64,000 bases of DNA from an uncultured Candidatus Saccharibacteria bacterium (GCA_964360065.1 CAYHTW010000002.1:2251-66250); one strand, 5' to 3'; positions 40,435 through 51,232 are shown, counted from the first letter of the stretch. The notes: generated from the sequence alone by a model not told the origin. Numbers and translations: made by a program.

Positions 40435-40761
40435 TTATCCCGATAAAGCCCTGGTCACCAATGTTACTAGAATGTATGACCCGAAGACTATAAATAAACC
40501 TATCACAGCTCCTATAATAGCATCTTTACCTTTTTCGTACCTACTTTCTGAACCGCCTGAAGTGAGTATGGTGAAACCTCCGTAGAGAATAACGAGAACC
40601 GCTAAGGGAATGGCGCCATAAAGCAATAAAGTCATTAAATTAGTAATCGTCTGAGACAATTCGGGCCAGCCGTAACCGCCGCTTGGGGATTGCGGCACTA
40701 TAGGAAAAATCGTTAACAAAATCCCTTTAAACTTATCTCTACTTGTGTCTACTTTTATCAT
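40435..40761 (-). CDS. TrbC/VirB2-like pilin
   Basis: YGGFTILTSGG...KGKDAIIGAVIG. Confidence 0.75.
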   Translation of the reverse strand: MIKVDTSRDKFKGILLTIFPIVPQSPSGGYGWPELSQTITNLMTLLLYGAIPLAVLVILYGGFTILTSGGSESRYEKGKDAIIGAVIGLFIVFGSYILVTLVTRALSG

Positions 40762-42029
40762 TGAATAGAGTTCAGCGCATTTTGGGCTCCACGCAAAGCT
40801 TTATCTGGAGTCAATCTACCTGATAATACTGATTCTATCATATCATCAAAAGCTTTTTTTACTTCCACGTCATCCGGTTGAAGCCAGCTTTTGGCGGTTA
40901 GCGCCTGACCAGCAAAAACTCCAAGGGTAGGGCTGTTAAGATATTGGCCGATAAGACTTCTTAGTGCAGGCGGCTTAGCTCCGGCGGTAGCATAGGCGGA
41001 AGCAGTAGTCGGATCGGTAGTAGCGAATAAAACGAAGTTCCAGGCCGCATCTTTAGCCGCAGTCTTAGAAGAAACGGCTAGCCCCCAATAGTTAGGGAAA
41101 TTCACGGATTCTTTTTTATTCATTTGTGGAGCCGAGGTAATGGCAAAGTTTAAAGAAGGGTTTTTGGCTTTGATTTCCGGAATTTGAGAAGCGTAACCCA
41201 ACATCATAGCCAATTGTTTCGTTGCAAAAGAGTCTATGTCGGGCCCAGAAGTGCTTGCCCAGGTGTAATAAAGATTTCCGTACTTGGCAAACTGCGTATA
41301 AAAGTTAAGAGCTTTAAGGCCCTCGTTGTTAGAAATAGATACATCACCAATACTATTTCTCATGGCCGTTCCGAATTGTAGAAAAAGCAAATTAAGAATG
41401 TCTGTGGCGTTAGTAACCGACTTGGAAGTCGCTCCGATGCCAAGCCCCGATTTAACAATGGCGCCCTTACTCCCGAATTCGCGGGTACGCAAAATATCGG
41501 CTTTAAGTTCATCCCAAGTAACCGGGGGCACGGCGATTTTCTTATTATCAAAAATGTCTCTGTTGTAGAAAAGAGCGAGTGTGTCAATTGACAAGGGGAG
41601 GGAATAAATCTTGCCCTGATAGACAAAATCTTCTTCAGCTACTTCGGGGAAGAGCTTTTTGAAAGCAGAAAGAGTGATAGCTGTATCTGTAGTTGGAACA
41701 ATTTTGTTGCCGTGCTTTAAAAGCCAGGAGTTTTTGAAAAAGAAAATATCTGGGCCTTTGTCGGCGGCGAGACTATTCAAAAGCTGCTTCTCATAGCTGG
41801 CTTCCGGTAGTTGCGTGTATTTAACAGCGTTGCCTGGGTATTTATTCTCAAAAGAACTAATGGTGTTGCTCCAAAGCTTGGAGTCATCAATCCCCCAAAC
41901 CTGCAGAGTCGCCCGGCCTCCTATGTCTTCGCGTAATCCAGGGACGACACCAAAGAAAACAAGCAGGAAGAAAAGGATTATGAATCCTGCCGTACTTAAT
42001 ATAACTAGTTGTGGTCGGGTGAATTGCAT
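40758..42029 (-). CDS. Family-1 (carbohydrate-type) solute-binding protein, membrane anchored
   Basis: GPDIF, DTLALFYNRD, PVTW, YWGLAVS. Confidence 0.85.
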   Translation of the reverse strand: MQFTRPQLVILSTAGFIILFFLLVFFGVVPGLREDIGGRATLQVWGIDDSKLWSNTISSFENKYPGNAVKYTQLPEASYEKQLLNSLAADKGPDIFFFKNSWLLKHGNKIVPTTDTAITLSAFKKLFPEVAEEDFVYQGKIYSLPLSIDTLALFYNRDIFDNKKIAVPPVTWDELKADILRTREFGSKGAIVKSGLGIGATSKSVTNATDILNLLFLQFGTAMRNSIGDVSISNNEGLKALNFYTQFAKYGNLYYTWASTSGPDIDSFATKQLAMMLGYASQIPEIKAKNPSLNFAITSAPQMNKKESVNFPNYWGLAVSSKTAAKDAAWNFVLFATTDPTTASAYATAGAKPPALRSLIGQYLNSPTLGVFAGQALTAKSWLQPDDVEVKKAFDDMIESVLSGRLTPDKALRGAQNALNSIQ

Positions 42030-42043
42030 ATGACTAATCTTAC

Positions 42044-44467
42044 CTAGAAACAGACCGTTCCAGCAATCTTGTCGCCGGCTTTCAGTCTCATAATGCGAAC
42101 TCCTTGGGCCGCCCTGCCGGTTAATCTCACGCTCGACAATTCAGTACGCAACATCTGGCCTTTAACGGAAATTGCCAATATTTCTTTCTCTTCGGAGATC
42201 ATATGAGAAGAAACTAGTTCGCCAGTTTTCGGAGTAACCTTGGCAGTCAAGATTCCCTTGCCTCCCCTTTTCTGAACTTTATATTCTTTGAGTTCGGTGA
42301 GTTTAGCAAAGCCGTTATCCATTACTACCAGAACTTTATAACCCAGCTTATCGGGAGAAATAACATCAAAGGCGCCCACAAAATCTCCTTTTCTCAAAGA
42401 AATACCCCTGACTCCTGCGGCCGTTCTCCCCATCGGACGAACTTCGCTTTCTTTAAATCTAATGGCTTGCCCTTTAATTGTGGTGAGAATTAATTCTTCT
42501 TTTCCAGTGGAAAGTTTCACCCAGCCTAAACTGTCTCCTTTCTTAAGACTCACGGCGATGATGCCCGTACGTCTCACGTTTTCAAATTCGGAGATAGCCG
42601 TCTTCTTAACCACGCCTTGTTCGGTCATCATAACGATATACCCTGGAGCTTTACCGCGCACAGTGGAGTAAGTGATGATAGCGCTGATTTTTTCAGCCGG
42701 AGGGATTTCCAGGAAGTTGTGGATGGCCTTTCCCTTACTGACACGGCTGCCAACCGGAAGTTCGTAAACTTTTGTTTGGTAAGCCTTGCCGCTAGCGGTA
42801 AAGAATAGAATATTGTCATGTGTGTTGGCGGCCAAGAAATGACCTACCACGTCTTCTTCTCCGACTTCACTGCCCATAAGACCCTTGCCACCTCTTTTTT
42901 GCTTCTTAAAGGTGTCTGGCGAAAGACGTTTAATGTAACCGTCACCGGACATAGTAACAATGGCGTCTTCGGACAGAATCAAATCTTCAACGTTCAGTTC
43001 TTTAAGGCCGCTTACGTGTAGCTTTGTTTTTCTCTCGTCTCCAAACCTTTTTCTAATGTCAGCGAGTTCTTCTCCCACTACTTTAAGCATTTTGGCCGGA
43101 CTTTTTAAAAGGATTATCAGTTCCTCAATAAGTTTTTGTTTTCCCTTAAGCTCGTCTTCTATCCTCTGGGTCTCCAGAGCAGCTAGGGTCTGCAACTTCA
43201 TTTCTAAAATAGCTGTGGCTTGTAAATCGCTGAGCTTGAAGCCAGACATCAACTTCTTATGGGCGTCTTCTTTATTTTCCGACTTCTTGATGGTGGAGAT
43301 TATCTTATCAATAACAGAGAGGGCCTTAACCAACCCTTCTAATATATGGGCTCTCTCGCGGGCCTTATTTAAATCAAACTCGGCCCTCCGCCTGATTACT
43401 TCCTGCCTGTGGGCTACGAAGTTCTCCAAGACGTCTTTAATAGACATAATCTTTGGCTTCAAACCACCGCTTAAGGCCAGCATGTTTAAATGGAAATCTT
43501 TCTGAAGGTCGGTCCAGTTGTAAAGTTGGTTCAAAACCTTCTGCGGCACAGCGTCGGACTTCAAGTCTATAACTACTCTTAAGCCGTCCTTGTCGGACTC
43601 GTCTCTTAAGTCTCTGATGCCCTCAATTCTTTTTTCCGTTACCAGCTCGGCAATTTTAATAATCATTTCGGCCTTGTTAACCTGGTAAGGAATTTCTGTG
43701 ATGACTATTTTCTTTTCTTCTATTTCAGCTACACCGCGAACTGTAATCCTGCCTCGGCCGGTGGCATAAGCTTCGTTGATTTCTTTTTTGTTATAAATAA
43801 TTCCTCCGGTCGGGAAATCCGGTCCTTGGATAAATTTCATCAAATCTTCCGAGGAGGCCTTGGGATTGTCTATTAATTTGTAAGTTGCATCAATAATCTC
43901 AGTCAGATTGTGTGGAGGAATCTTAGTAGCCATACCGACAGCGATACCATCAGAACCGTTTATCAAAAGTTGTGGGATTTTAGCCGGCAGAACCTTAGGC
44001 TCGGACCTCGTAGTGTCATAGTTCGGCATAAAATCCACAGTTTCTTTCTCAATATCAACGAGAAGCTCTTCGGCTAAAGCCGATAAACGACACTCTGTGT
44101 AACGCATGGCCGCGGGTGAGTCTCCATCAACACTGCCCCAGTTCCCTTGCCCCTCAATAAGCGGATATCTCAAGGAGAAGTTCTGTGCCATACGAGCTAA
44201 GGCATCATAAACAGATTGGTCGCCGTGAGGGTGGTAACGGCCCAAGACTTCTCCGACTACATTAGCTGACTTTCTTAATTTAGCGGAATGTGTGATACCC
44301 GACTCCCACATAGCCCAAAGGATTCTGCGGTGTACCGGTTTTAAACCATCGCGGACATCGGGCAAGGCGCGGCCGACGATAACCGACATAGCATAGTCCA
44401 GATAAGACTGCTTAAGTTCCTCGGTTATTTCCTTTTTCTCTATTTTTTCTATTTCTCCTTGAGCCAT
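42044..44467 (-). CDS. gyrA: DNA gyrase subunit A
   Basis: [23 protein letters not shown], GyrA box QKRGGKG. Confidence 0.97.
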   Translation of the reverse strand: MAQGEIEKIEKKEITEELKQSYLDYAMSVIVGRALPDVRDGLKPVHRRILWAMWESGITHSAKLRKSANVVGEVLGRYHPHGDQSVYDALARMAQNFSLRYPLIEGQGNWGSVDGDSPAAMRYTECRLSALAEELLVDIEKETVDFMPNYDTTRSEPKVLPAKIPQLLINGSDGIAVGMATKIPPHNLTEIIDATYKLIDNPKASSEDLMKFIQGPDFPTGGIIYNKKEINEAYATGRGRITVRGVAEIEEKKIVITEIPYQVNKAEMIIKIAELVTEKRIEGIRDLRDESDKDGLRVVIDLKSDAVPQKVLNQLYNWTDLQKDFHLNMLALSGGLKPKIMSIKDVLENFVAHRQEVIRRRAEFDLNKARERAHILEGLVKALSVIDKIISTIKKSENKEDAHKKLMSGFKLSDLQATAILEMKLQTLAALETQRIEDELKGKQKLIEELIILLKSPAKMLKVVGEELADIRKRFGDERKTKLHVSGLKELNVEDLILSEDAIVTMSGDGYIKRLSPDTFKKQKRGGKGLMGSEVGEEDVVGHFLAANTHDNILFFTASGKAYQTKVYELPVGSRVSKGKAIHNFLEIPPAEKISAIITYSTVRGKAPGYIVMMTEQGVVKKTAISEFENVRRTGIIAVSLKKGDSLGWVKLSTGKEELILTTIKGQAIRFKESEVRPMGRTAAGVRGISLRKGDFVGAFDVISPDKLGYKVLVVMDNGFAKLTELKEYKVQKRGGKGILTAKVTPKTGELVSSHMISEEKEILAISVKGQMLRTELSSVRLTGRAAQGVRIMRLKAGDKIAGTVCF

Positions 44468-45048
44468 ATTAATTTAGTACCTTCCCCTTCAATGTCTTTT
44501 CTTTTGAAAGAAACCTTATCCACCGGCTCTACCGACTGACCCAGTTCCCCGGATAAAACTTTGGTGTTTTTATCCGAACCGCAAATCACAATTTTCGGTT
44601 CTATGTTTTTAATTAAAGTTAGCGCTTCTTTAGGGTCAGCCTCGCCGGAAACAAAAAATAAATCTATCTCGCCAATATCTTCTAGAAAATCTTCGCCCAA
44701 ATCTGCCTTAACGTCTCCAGGGAAAAAGAGACTCATATCGTCCATAGTCACTATATAAGCAGTGCGGAGACTTTTAGTGTCTGATTCTTTATTTAAGGGG
44801 ATGCCCAAAATTTTAATTTCCGAAACTTCGTAGTCGCCCGCTCCCTGAATTAAATTCAGGGGAGTGTAAGATGGAAATGGTAACTTAGTCGCAGTCTTTA
44901 AAGTTAAGCTAATTTTGTCGTTATTTTTCTCATTGTTCTTATCATTATTTTCGTCGGGGTCAACGGCCAATTTAAATTCGCCGGCCTCAAGGGCAGACGA
45001 ACGAGCTTCGCAAATGAAGCCGAGTGATTTAGAAGCTTTTATAACCAT
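44449..45048 (-). CDS. Degenerate MBL-fold (Lactamase_B-like) protein
   Basis: LAVDP, GAGDYEV, IDLFFV, IEPKIVI; no HxHxDH motif. Confidence 0.6.
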   Translation of the reverse strand: MVIKASKSLGFICEARSSALEAGEFKLAVDPDENNDKNNEKNNDKISLTLKTATKLPFPSYTPLNLIQGAGDYEVSEIKILGIPLNKESDTKSLRTAYIVTMDDMSLFFPGDVKADLGEDFLEDIGEIDLFFVSGEADPKEALTLIKNIEPKIVICGSDKNTKVLSGELGQSVEPVDKVSFKRKDIEGEGTKLIWLKEK

Positions 45049-45144
45049 AGGATTAAACGTTTGGAGCTTTTAATAAGTATTAAGTTCATTTTAGCAGAGA
45101 AAAGGTTGATTTTCAATCCGTGTTTGCCCTATAATGCGGCTCAT

Positions 45145-46239
45145 ATGCAGTTAGCTACTATCAAGGCACAGGAGTCAATTGAGCTCCAGATGTTAAAGTC
45201 CGAGCCTGGTTTAATGCCCATTTTAAAGCCGGGCGATTTAATCCAGGTAAAACTATTAGAGAAAGCCCCAAGAGCGGTCTATTTTGAGGTGCCCAGAGTC
45301 GGTACTGGAATAATTTATGGCTCTGAACTGACCAACGCTAGAGAGGCTATAAAGAAAATGGAGATAGGAGATGAAGTGGCCGCCAAGGTAGTAGTGTCCG
45401 AAAACGACGAGGGTTTAATAGAATTATCGCTCACCGAGGCCGGCAGACAGAAGGTCTGGCAGGAATTGAATTATCTTAAAGAAAAGGACGAGCCCTTTAA
45501 GGTTAAGATTGTTGACGCCAACGCCGGAGGTTTAATCGCTCAGCTTAATGGAATTTCCGCTTTCCTACCCGGTTCTCAACTCGCTAATGACAAATATCCG
45601 AAGAATGCTGAAGGAGACAGGGCCAAAATGATAGAGGCTTTTCAGAAATTCGTAGGCGAAGAGATAACGGTCAAAATCCTTAACCTTAACCCAAGAACAA
45701 ACAAGCTCATCATTTCTGAAAGAGAAGCTTCCAGTGTCAACATTAAAGAACTATTAAATAAATATAAGGCAGGGGATATAATCTCCGGCATCATTTCCGG
45801 CGTAGCCAACTTCGGCGCCTTCTTCAGGTTTGCCGATACCCCGGAAGTAGAAGGCTTAATACACATCTCTGAATTGGACCACCGCTTGATAGATAACCCA
45901 AAAGAAGTGGTTAATGTAGGGGATATGGTGAACGCCAAGGTCTTGGAGATTAAAGACGGTCGCGTGACACTATCCTTAAAGGCTCTTAAAGCCGATCCTT
46001 GGGATGGTATAGATGAGAAATTCAAGGCTGGGATGACGATCAGCGGCAGGGTTTATAAACTTAGTCCTTTCGGCGCTTTCATTAAATTAACCGAAGACAT
46101 TATCGGACTAATCCATGTTTCAGAATTCGGATCTCTGGAAGAACTGAAGAAGAACTTGGAGAAAGACTCTATCCATGATTTTGTGATAGACTCTATAAAG
46201 TTGGAGGACAAAAGAATTGTCCTTAAATTCAAAGCTTAA
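45145..46239 (+). CDS. rpsA: 30S ribosomal protein S1 (four S1 domains)
   Basis: NAGGL, FLPGSQL, FGAF, GLIHISE; start MQLAT. Confidence 0.9.
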   Translation: MQLATIKAQESIELQMLKSEPGLMPILKPGDLIQVKLLEKAPRAVYFEVPRVGTGIIYGSELTNAREAIKKMEIGDEVAAKVVVSENDEGLIELSLTEAGRQKVWQELNYLKEKDEPFKVKIVDANAGGLIAQLNGISAFLPGSQLANDKYPKNAEGDRAKMIEAFQKFVGEEITVKILNLNPRTNKLIISEREASSVNIKELLNKYKAGDIISGIISGVANFGAFFRFADTPEVEGLIHISELDHRLIDNPKEVVNVGDMVNAKVLEIKDGRVTLSLKALKADPWDGIDEKFKAGMTISGRVYKLSPFGAFIKLTEDIIGLIHVSEFGSLEELKKNLEKDSIHDFVIDSIKLEDKRIVLKFKA

Positions 46240-46242
46240 GAC

Positions 46243-48078
46243 TTGAAAAACCAAATATATAAAAATTTCTTTTGGGTGGTCTCCATCCTCCTAACTTTTA
46301 CTTTACTTCTCTCGTTAGCCTACGAATTGCAGCAACCGATAAAGGAGGTTAATTTAAGCGACTTAGCTAACAAGATAAACGCCGGTGAGGTGCAGGGTAT
46401 TGTAGTATCGGGTAACGATTTAAGTATCTCCCTAAAAGACGGCGAGAAACTGACTTCTAAGAAAGAGGATGGAGTAGGTATTACCGAAACTTTGAAGAAC
46501 TACAGCATTGCCTCCGATAAAATGTCTGCGATTTCGCTGGAGATCCGCGAACAATCTGGTTTAAGTTTTTGGCTGTCCATTATCATTCCCGCCGTCTTGC
46601 CGCTTCTCATTATTGGAGTTTTATTCTGGCTCTTTACCAGACAAGCTAAGGGCGGCATTAACCAGGCCTTCAGTTTCGGCAAGGCCAATTTGAAACCTTT
46701 TGCAGGATTCAGGGATAAAATAACTTTTGCAGATGTAGCAGGCTTGAAAGAGGCCAAAGAAGAACTCCGGGAAATAGTAGATTTCCTAAAAACCCCCAAA
46801 AAATATATAGACATGGGGGCCAAGATCCCGAGAGGTGTTCTTCTAATGGGGTCTCCGGGAACCGGCAAGACATTGCTGGCGAGAGCCGTTGCCGGAGAGG
46901 CTGGTGTGCCTTTCTTCCACATTTCAGCCTCGGAGTTCGTGGAAATGTTTGTCGGTGTAGGAGCATCGCGTACCAGAGACGCTTTTGCGACAGCTAAGCG
47001 AGCCGCTCCATCAATACTATTTATAGACGAGATTGACGCAGTTGGCCGAGAAAGAGGTACCGGTATGGGCGGGGGGCACGACGAAAGAGAGCAGACCTTA
47101 AACCAGATTCTCGTTGAAATGGACGGTTTTGAAAAAGAGACCAGACTAATAGTATTAGCGGCTACCAACAGACCCGATGTTTTAGACCCGGCTCTCTTAC
47201 GACCAGGAAGATTTGATAGACGAGTAACTCTAGACCTACCAGACATCATTGAAAGAGAAGAAATTGTAAAGATTCACTCCAAGGGAAAACCTTTAGACAA
47301 AAATGTTGATTTAAAAAGGTTTGCCGCGAGAACCCCGGGATTTTCCGGAGCAGACTTGGCTAATGTCATGAACGAAGCGGCCATCTTAGCAGCTAAAGAA
47401 GGCAGGAAAACAATTTTGCAGGACGATTTTTACAAGTCTATAGAAAAAGTGATGATGGGACCCGAAAGAAGAAGCCGTGTTATCTCCGATAAAGAAAAAG
47501 AAAAAGTAGCCTACCACGAGGCTGGCCACGCTGTTACGGCTGCAGCGCTTAAAGATTCTGACCCGGTCCATAAGATTTCTATAGTGAGTCGCGGCAGAAT
47601 GGGAGGCTATACCCTTAAACTTCCTTTAGACGAAGACAGACTTAAGACTAAATCTCAATTTATGGCCGACTTAGCGGTTATGATGGGTGGCTATGCTTCG
47701 GAGAAAATTTTCTTTGGTGATATTTCGACAGGCGCTTCTAATGACTTGAAAGAAGCGACATCATTAGCCCGCGCCTTAGTAACTCGTTTTGGTATGAGTG
47801 ATCTTGGCCCAATAACTTTCGGGAGAGGGGAAGAAATGGTCTTCTTAGGCAGAGAAATGACAACTGAAAGAAACTATTCCGAAAACGTTGCCTCTAAAAT
47901 AGACGATGAAGTTAAGAAATTTATAGATACCGGTTATAAGAGAGCTATTAAGATACTTACTACATACAAGGCAGCCGTTAAAAAGGTGTCCGAAGAACTT
48001 ATTAAGAAGGAGGCCTTGGAACAAGAAGAGTTCTACGCGCTTATCAAAGAATTCAATTTGAAACCTATTAGCGCCTGA
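46243..48078 (+). CDS. ftsH: FtsH metalloprotease
   Basis: Two TMs, GSPGTGKT, ATNRPDVLDPALLRPGRFDR, HEAGH. Confidence 0.97.
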   Translation: MKNQIYKNFFWVVSILLTFTLLLSLAYELQQPIKEVNLSDLANKINAGEVQGIVVSGNDLSISLKDGEKLTSKKEDGVGITETLKNYSIASDKMSAISLEIREQSGLSFWLSIIIPAVLPLLIIGVLFWLFTRQAKGGINQAFSFGKANLKPFAGFRDKITFADVAGLKEAKEELREIVDFLKTPKKYIDMGAKIPRGVLLMGSPGTGKTLLARAVAGEAGVPFFHISASEFVEMFVGVGASRTRDAFATAKRAAPSILFIDEIDAVGRERGTGMGGGHDEREQTLNQILVEMDGFEKETRLIVLAATNRPDVLDPALLRPGRFDRRVTLDLPDIIEREEIVKIHSKGKPLDKNVDLKRFAARTPGFSGADLANVMNEAAILAAKEGRKTILQDDFYKSIEKVMMGPERRSRVISDKEKEKVAYHEAGHAVTAAALKDSDPVHKISIVSRGRMGGYTLKLPLDEDRLKTKSQFMADLAVMMGGYASEKIFFGDISTGASNDLKEATSLARALVTRFGMSDLGPITFGRGEEMVFLGREMTTERNYSENVASKIDDEVKKFIDTGYKRAIKILTTYKAAVKKVSEELIKKEALEQEEFYALIKEFNLKPISA

Positions 48079-48098
48079 TATAGAATCTCGGCAGGCAG

Positions 48099-48175
48099 GC
48101 GCCCATAGCTCAGCTGGTTAGAGCACAGTCCTTATAAGGCTGGGGTCCTTGGTTCGAGTCCAAGTGGGCGCACCA
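48099..48175 (+). tRNA. tRNA-Ile(TAT)
   Basis: CAGTC-CTTATAA-GGCTG anticodon arm, encoded CCA. Confidence 0.9.
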
Positions 48176-48181
48176 GATAAA

Positions 48182-48203
48182 AACAGACCTGCCTCGGTCT
48201 GTT
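48182..48203. terminator. Terminator between tRNA-Ile and znuB
   Basis: AACAGACC-tgcctc-GGTCTGTT. Confidence 0.6.
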
Positions 48204-48248
48204 TGTTACTCATGTAATTAAGAATACTTATACTTGGCTTATCAAGCT

Positions 48249-49049
48249 CTAGTTTTTGCGATTCTTCATGAATAAGACGAGGAAAACAGCTAACATAACG
48301 AGAACGATGGTTCCTCCAGTAGAGAGATTGAAGTAGAAAGAAGTAATAATGCCGGCAATGACAGATAAAACAGAAATTAATTCTGCATAAAATATAGTTT
48401 CAGAAAAACTTTTTTTGAGCTGCAAAGAAGCCACAACGGGAACGACTATTAAGGCAGCTATAAGAAGAACGCCGACAACTGGAATAGAGAGTGAAACGGT
48501 AAAGGCGGCTAAAATAATGAGAACGGCGTTTATGAGTTTAGTGGGAAGACCGCTCACTCTCGCGGCTTCCTCATCAAAAGTTATGTAGACCAGTTCTTTA
48601 TAGAAAAGTAAAAGAGTAACGCTAACAATAATCGCCAAAACTCCCATAGTATAGACGTCCGTTGTGGTAACTGTAACAATACTGCCAAAAAGATAGCTGA
48701 AAAGATTAGTATTAAAACCCTTAGCTAAACTAAGCAGAACGATTGCTAAGGCTAAGCTTCCGGAAAGAAAAAGCGCCAAAGCAGATTCCCCATATATTCT
48801 TTTAGTATCTCTTAAGCGCTCTATGCCTAAAGAAGAAACAACCGTAACTCCCAAGGCCGTGAGAATCGGATTTAAACCGAAAAGCAACCCAATGGCTATG
48901 CCAGCTAAAGAGACGTGAGCCAAGGTATCGGCTATCAAAGAGTATCTCCGCAGGACAAGGAAGATGCCGATTAGTGGAGCGACGAAAGCCACTATTAAAC
49001 CTGCCTCCAGCCCCCTTAAAACAAAACTATACTGGAATAGGTTAAGCAT
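48249..49049 (-). CDS. znuB: Zn/Mn ABC transporter permease
   Basis: DTLAHVSLAG, YLFGSI, FDEEAA. Confidence 0.9.
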   Translation of the reverse strand: MLNLFQYSFVLRGLEAGLIVAFVAPLIGIFLVLRRYSLIADTLAHVSLAGIAIGLLFGLNPILTALGVTVVSSLGIERLRDTKRIYGESALALFLSGSLALAIVLLSLAKGFNTNLFSYLFGSIVTVTTTDVYTMGVLAIIVSVTLLLFYKELVYITFDEEAARVSGLPTKLINAVLIILAAFTVSLSIPVVGVLLIAALIVVPVVASLQLKKSFSETIFYAELISVLSVIAGIITSFYFNLSTGGTIVLVMLAVFLVLFMKNRKN

Positions 49050-49800
49050 TATGGTGATGATTTGCTACTCTCCCGTCTTTGGCAGAATGTAATTTTTCTT
49101 TAAGAAAATCTTCTAATGTGCCGTAGAAAAAAAGTGTGCGATCAAGGCAAGCAACGTGCATGGCCTCATAAGCGATGTCCTCAATGTCGTGAGTGATCAA
49201 AACTACAGTGAGATCTAAGTCCTGGTTAAGTTTTTTAAGTAAAACATAAAAGTCGTCTCTCGCGGCCTTGTCCACTCCTGTAGTCGGTTCGTCCAAAAAG
49301 ATTATCTCCGGTTCCGCCGCTAGTGCCCTCGCTATAAAAACTCTCTGTTGCTCTCCGCCGGAAAGTTCTCCAATAAGCCTATCTTCGTATTTTCCCATCT
49401 CCACTCGTTCTAAAGCGTGACGAGCCGCCAATCTATCTCGGCTAATTAATTTCCTAAATAGGCCGCGCTTGGCATAACGACCCATCAAGACTACTTCCAT
49501 AACGGTGGCAGGAAAATTAGCGTCAAAATTAGTGACTTTCTGAGGTACGTAGCCTATCTTGGAACGACTTTTAAAGTCGTTGTCCTCTACGCCGAATAAC
49601 TTGATTGATCCCGAGGAAGGTTTAAGCAGGCCTAAAATTATTTTTAGAAGTGTTGTTTTGCCGGAACCATTAGAACCGACAATTCCCAAATAATCCCCGC
49701 GATGAATATTGAAATTTATGTTTTTTAAAATTTCGTTCTCGCCGTAAGAGAAAGAAACATTTTTAACCTCAACTATATTTTCTTTATGGTTTACTCGCAC
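49042..49800 (-). CDS. znuC: Zn/Mn ABC transporter ATPase
   Basis: GSNGSGKT, LSGGEQQR, His-rich tail. Confidence 0.9.
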   Translation of the reverse strand: MRVNHKENIVEVKNVSFSYGENEILKNINFNIHRGDYLGIVGSNGSGKTTLLKIILGLLKPSSGSIKLFGVEDNDFKSRSKIGYVPQKVTNFDANFPATVMEVVLMGRYAKRGLFRKLISRDRLAARHALERVEMGKYEDRLIGELSGGEQQRVFIARALAAEPEIIFLDEPTTGVDKAARDDFYVLLKKLNQDLDLTVVLITHDIEDIAYEAMHVACLDRTLFFYGTLEDFLKEKLHSAKDGRVANHHHNA

Positions 49801-50714
49801 TCTAATGCAACTTTAAGATTATTTAGATTATCTCTCATCTCTGTAAAATAGTTTTTACCGGCGTTGGTCTCGGCTCTCGTAAGTCCTTCCAATGGATTAA
49901 GCACTAAGGTTTTAGCTTCTATCTCTGTAGCTATGGTTTCTGATAACTTGGGATTCACCAAGCTCTCAAAGAAAATATACTTTACCTTGTTTTCTTTGGC
50001 GAATTTTACTATTACTCCGATTTCTTTAGAGGAGGGCTCGGCATCGGGAGAAAGACCGGCGATGGATATTTGCCGTAAACTATAAGTCGCAGCCAGATAA
50101 CCAAAGAAGGCGTGGGATGTAATAATGTCTTTAAGGGCGCAGTTTTTAAGCCCGGCTGAATAGTCGGCGTTAAGATTTTTAAGATCATTACTTAAAGCCT
50201 CCGCGTTAGTAGCGTAGTAAGAAGTGTTAACTGGATCGGACGCTTGAAAACCGCTCAATATCTTGTTGGCCATCTCTTCAGCCAAAAGAGGAGAAAGCCA
50301 AACGTGTGGGTCAACTACGTTTTCACCTTCCTCAACCAATCGCTGGTTAAAAAGACCCCCTCCGGCCACAACTAAGACAGTCCGCTTATGGTTTAAATTA
50401 CTCTTTATGTTATCTCCCCAAACTTCCAGGTTGCCTCCGTTAAGGACTAGTAAATTACTTGATTCAATGAGCGCCATATCCTGGGCAGTTGGTTCGTAAT
50501 CGTGTGGTTCAACCCCGGCTGGGGTGATGTTGTAAACATCTGCCTTATCTCCGCCTATTCGTTCCGAGAAGTAATAAAGAGGGTAGAAACTGGCTACCAC
50601 AGTGATCTTTGCTCCATTATTTTCTGGAGAACTCACCCGATTGTTAAGCAGGGCAAGTCCGCCCAGTAAACTGAATAGGAAAATTATCGCTATTAAATAT
50701 TTGGTTTTTGTCAT
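49791..50714 (-). CDS. znuA: Zn/Mn ABC transporter substrate-binding protein
   Basis: EPHDYEP, DPHVWLSP, HAFFGY. Confidence 0.9.
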   Translation of the reverse strand: MTKTKYLIAIIFLFSLLGGLALLNNRVSSPENNGAKITVVASFYPLYYFSERIGGDKADVYNITPAGVEPHDYEPTAQDMALIESSNLLVLNGGNLEVWGDNIKSNLNHKRTVLVVAGGGLFNQRLVEEGENVVDPHVWLSPLLAEEMANKILSGFQASDPVNTSYYATNAEALSNDLKNLNADYSAGLKNCALKDIITSHAFFGYLAATYSLRQISIAGLSPDAEPSSKEIGVIVKFAKENKVKYIFFESLVNPKLSETIATEIEAKTLVLNPLEGLTRAETNAGKNYFTEMRDNLNNLKVALECE

Positions 50715-50854
50715 TACTTAAGAGTTTAAACTAACCGCAACTTATTTGCCTAGTTAAGTGCCACTTCCTAAGAGCGGGGTGTTTCGGATAAAATAGAGGA
50801 TATATCTGATATTCAAGAAAAGATGTTTCCTATAGAATGCGCCAGAGTAGTATA

Positions 50855-51177
50855 GCGCGCTTAGCTCAGTGGTACCCGCCCGAACGACTGAGCGTCGTTC
50901 AGTCGGGCGGGGAACGATATAACTACGATGTTTACGGTTTATGTTTTAAAAGATGGTGTTGGTAAATTTTACAAAGGGTTGACCAATAACATAGAGAGAA
51001 GATTGAAAGAGCATAAAAACGGTCATACAATTACTACATCAAGAATGCCAAATCTTGAAGTGGTGTACACAGAGACTTTTGAAGACTTCAAAACTGCCAG
51101 AAAACGAGAGCTATATCTAAAGTCAGCGGCTGGCAGAAGATTTCTTAAAAGGGTATTGCGCGCTTAGCTCAGTGGTA
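50855..51177 (+). mobile_element. GIY-YIG cassette flanked by a 20-bp duplication of the tRNA-Val 5' end
   Basis: GCGCGCTTAGCTCAGTGGTA at 50855 and 51158; GC-rich palindrome 50875-50911. Confidence 0.75.
50928..51167 (+). CDS. Small GIY-YIG nuclease
   Basis: VYVL...YKGLT..RRLKEH...ARKRELYLKS..GR; stop codon lies inside tRNA-Val. Confidence 0.9.
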   Translation: MFTVYVLKDGVGKFYKGLTNNIERRLKEHKNGHTITTSRMPNLEVVYTETFEDFKTARKRELYLKSAAGRRFLKRVLRA

Positions 51178-51232
51178 GAGCGACTCGTTTACACCGAGTA
51201 GGCCGGGGGTTCAATCCCCTCAGCGCGCACCA
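51158..51232 (+). tRNA. tRNA-Val(TAC)
   Basis: ACTCG-TTTACAC-CGAGT, encoded CCA. Confidence 0.95.
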
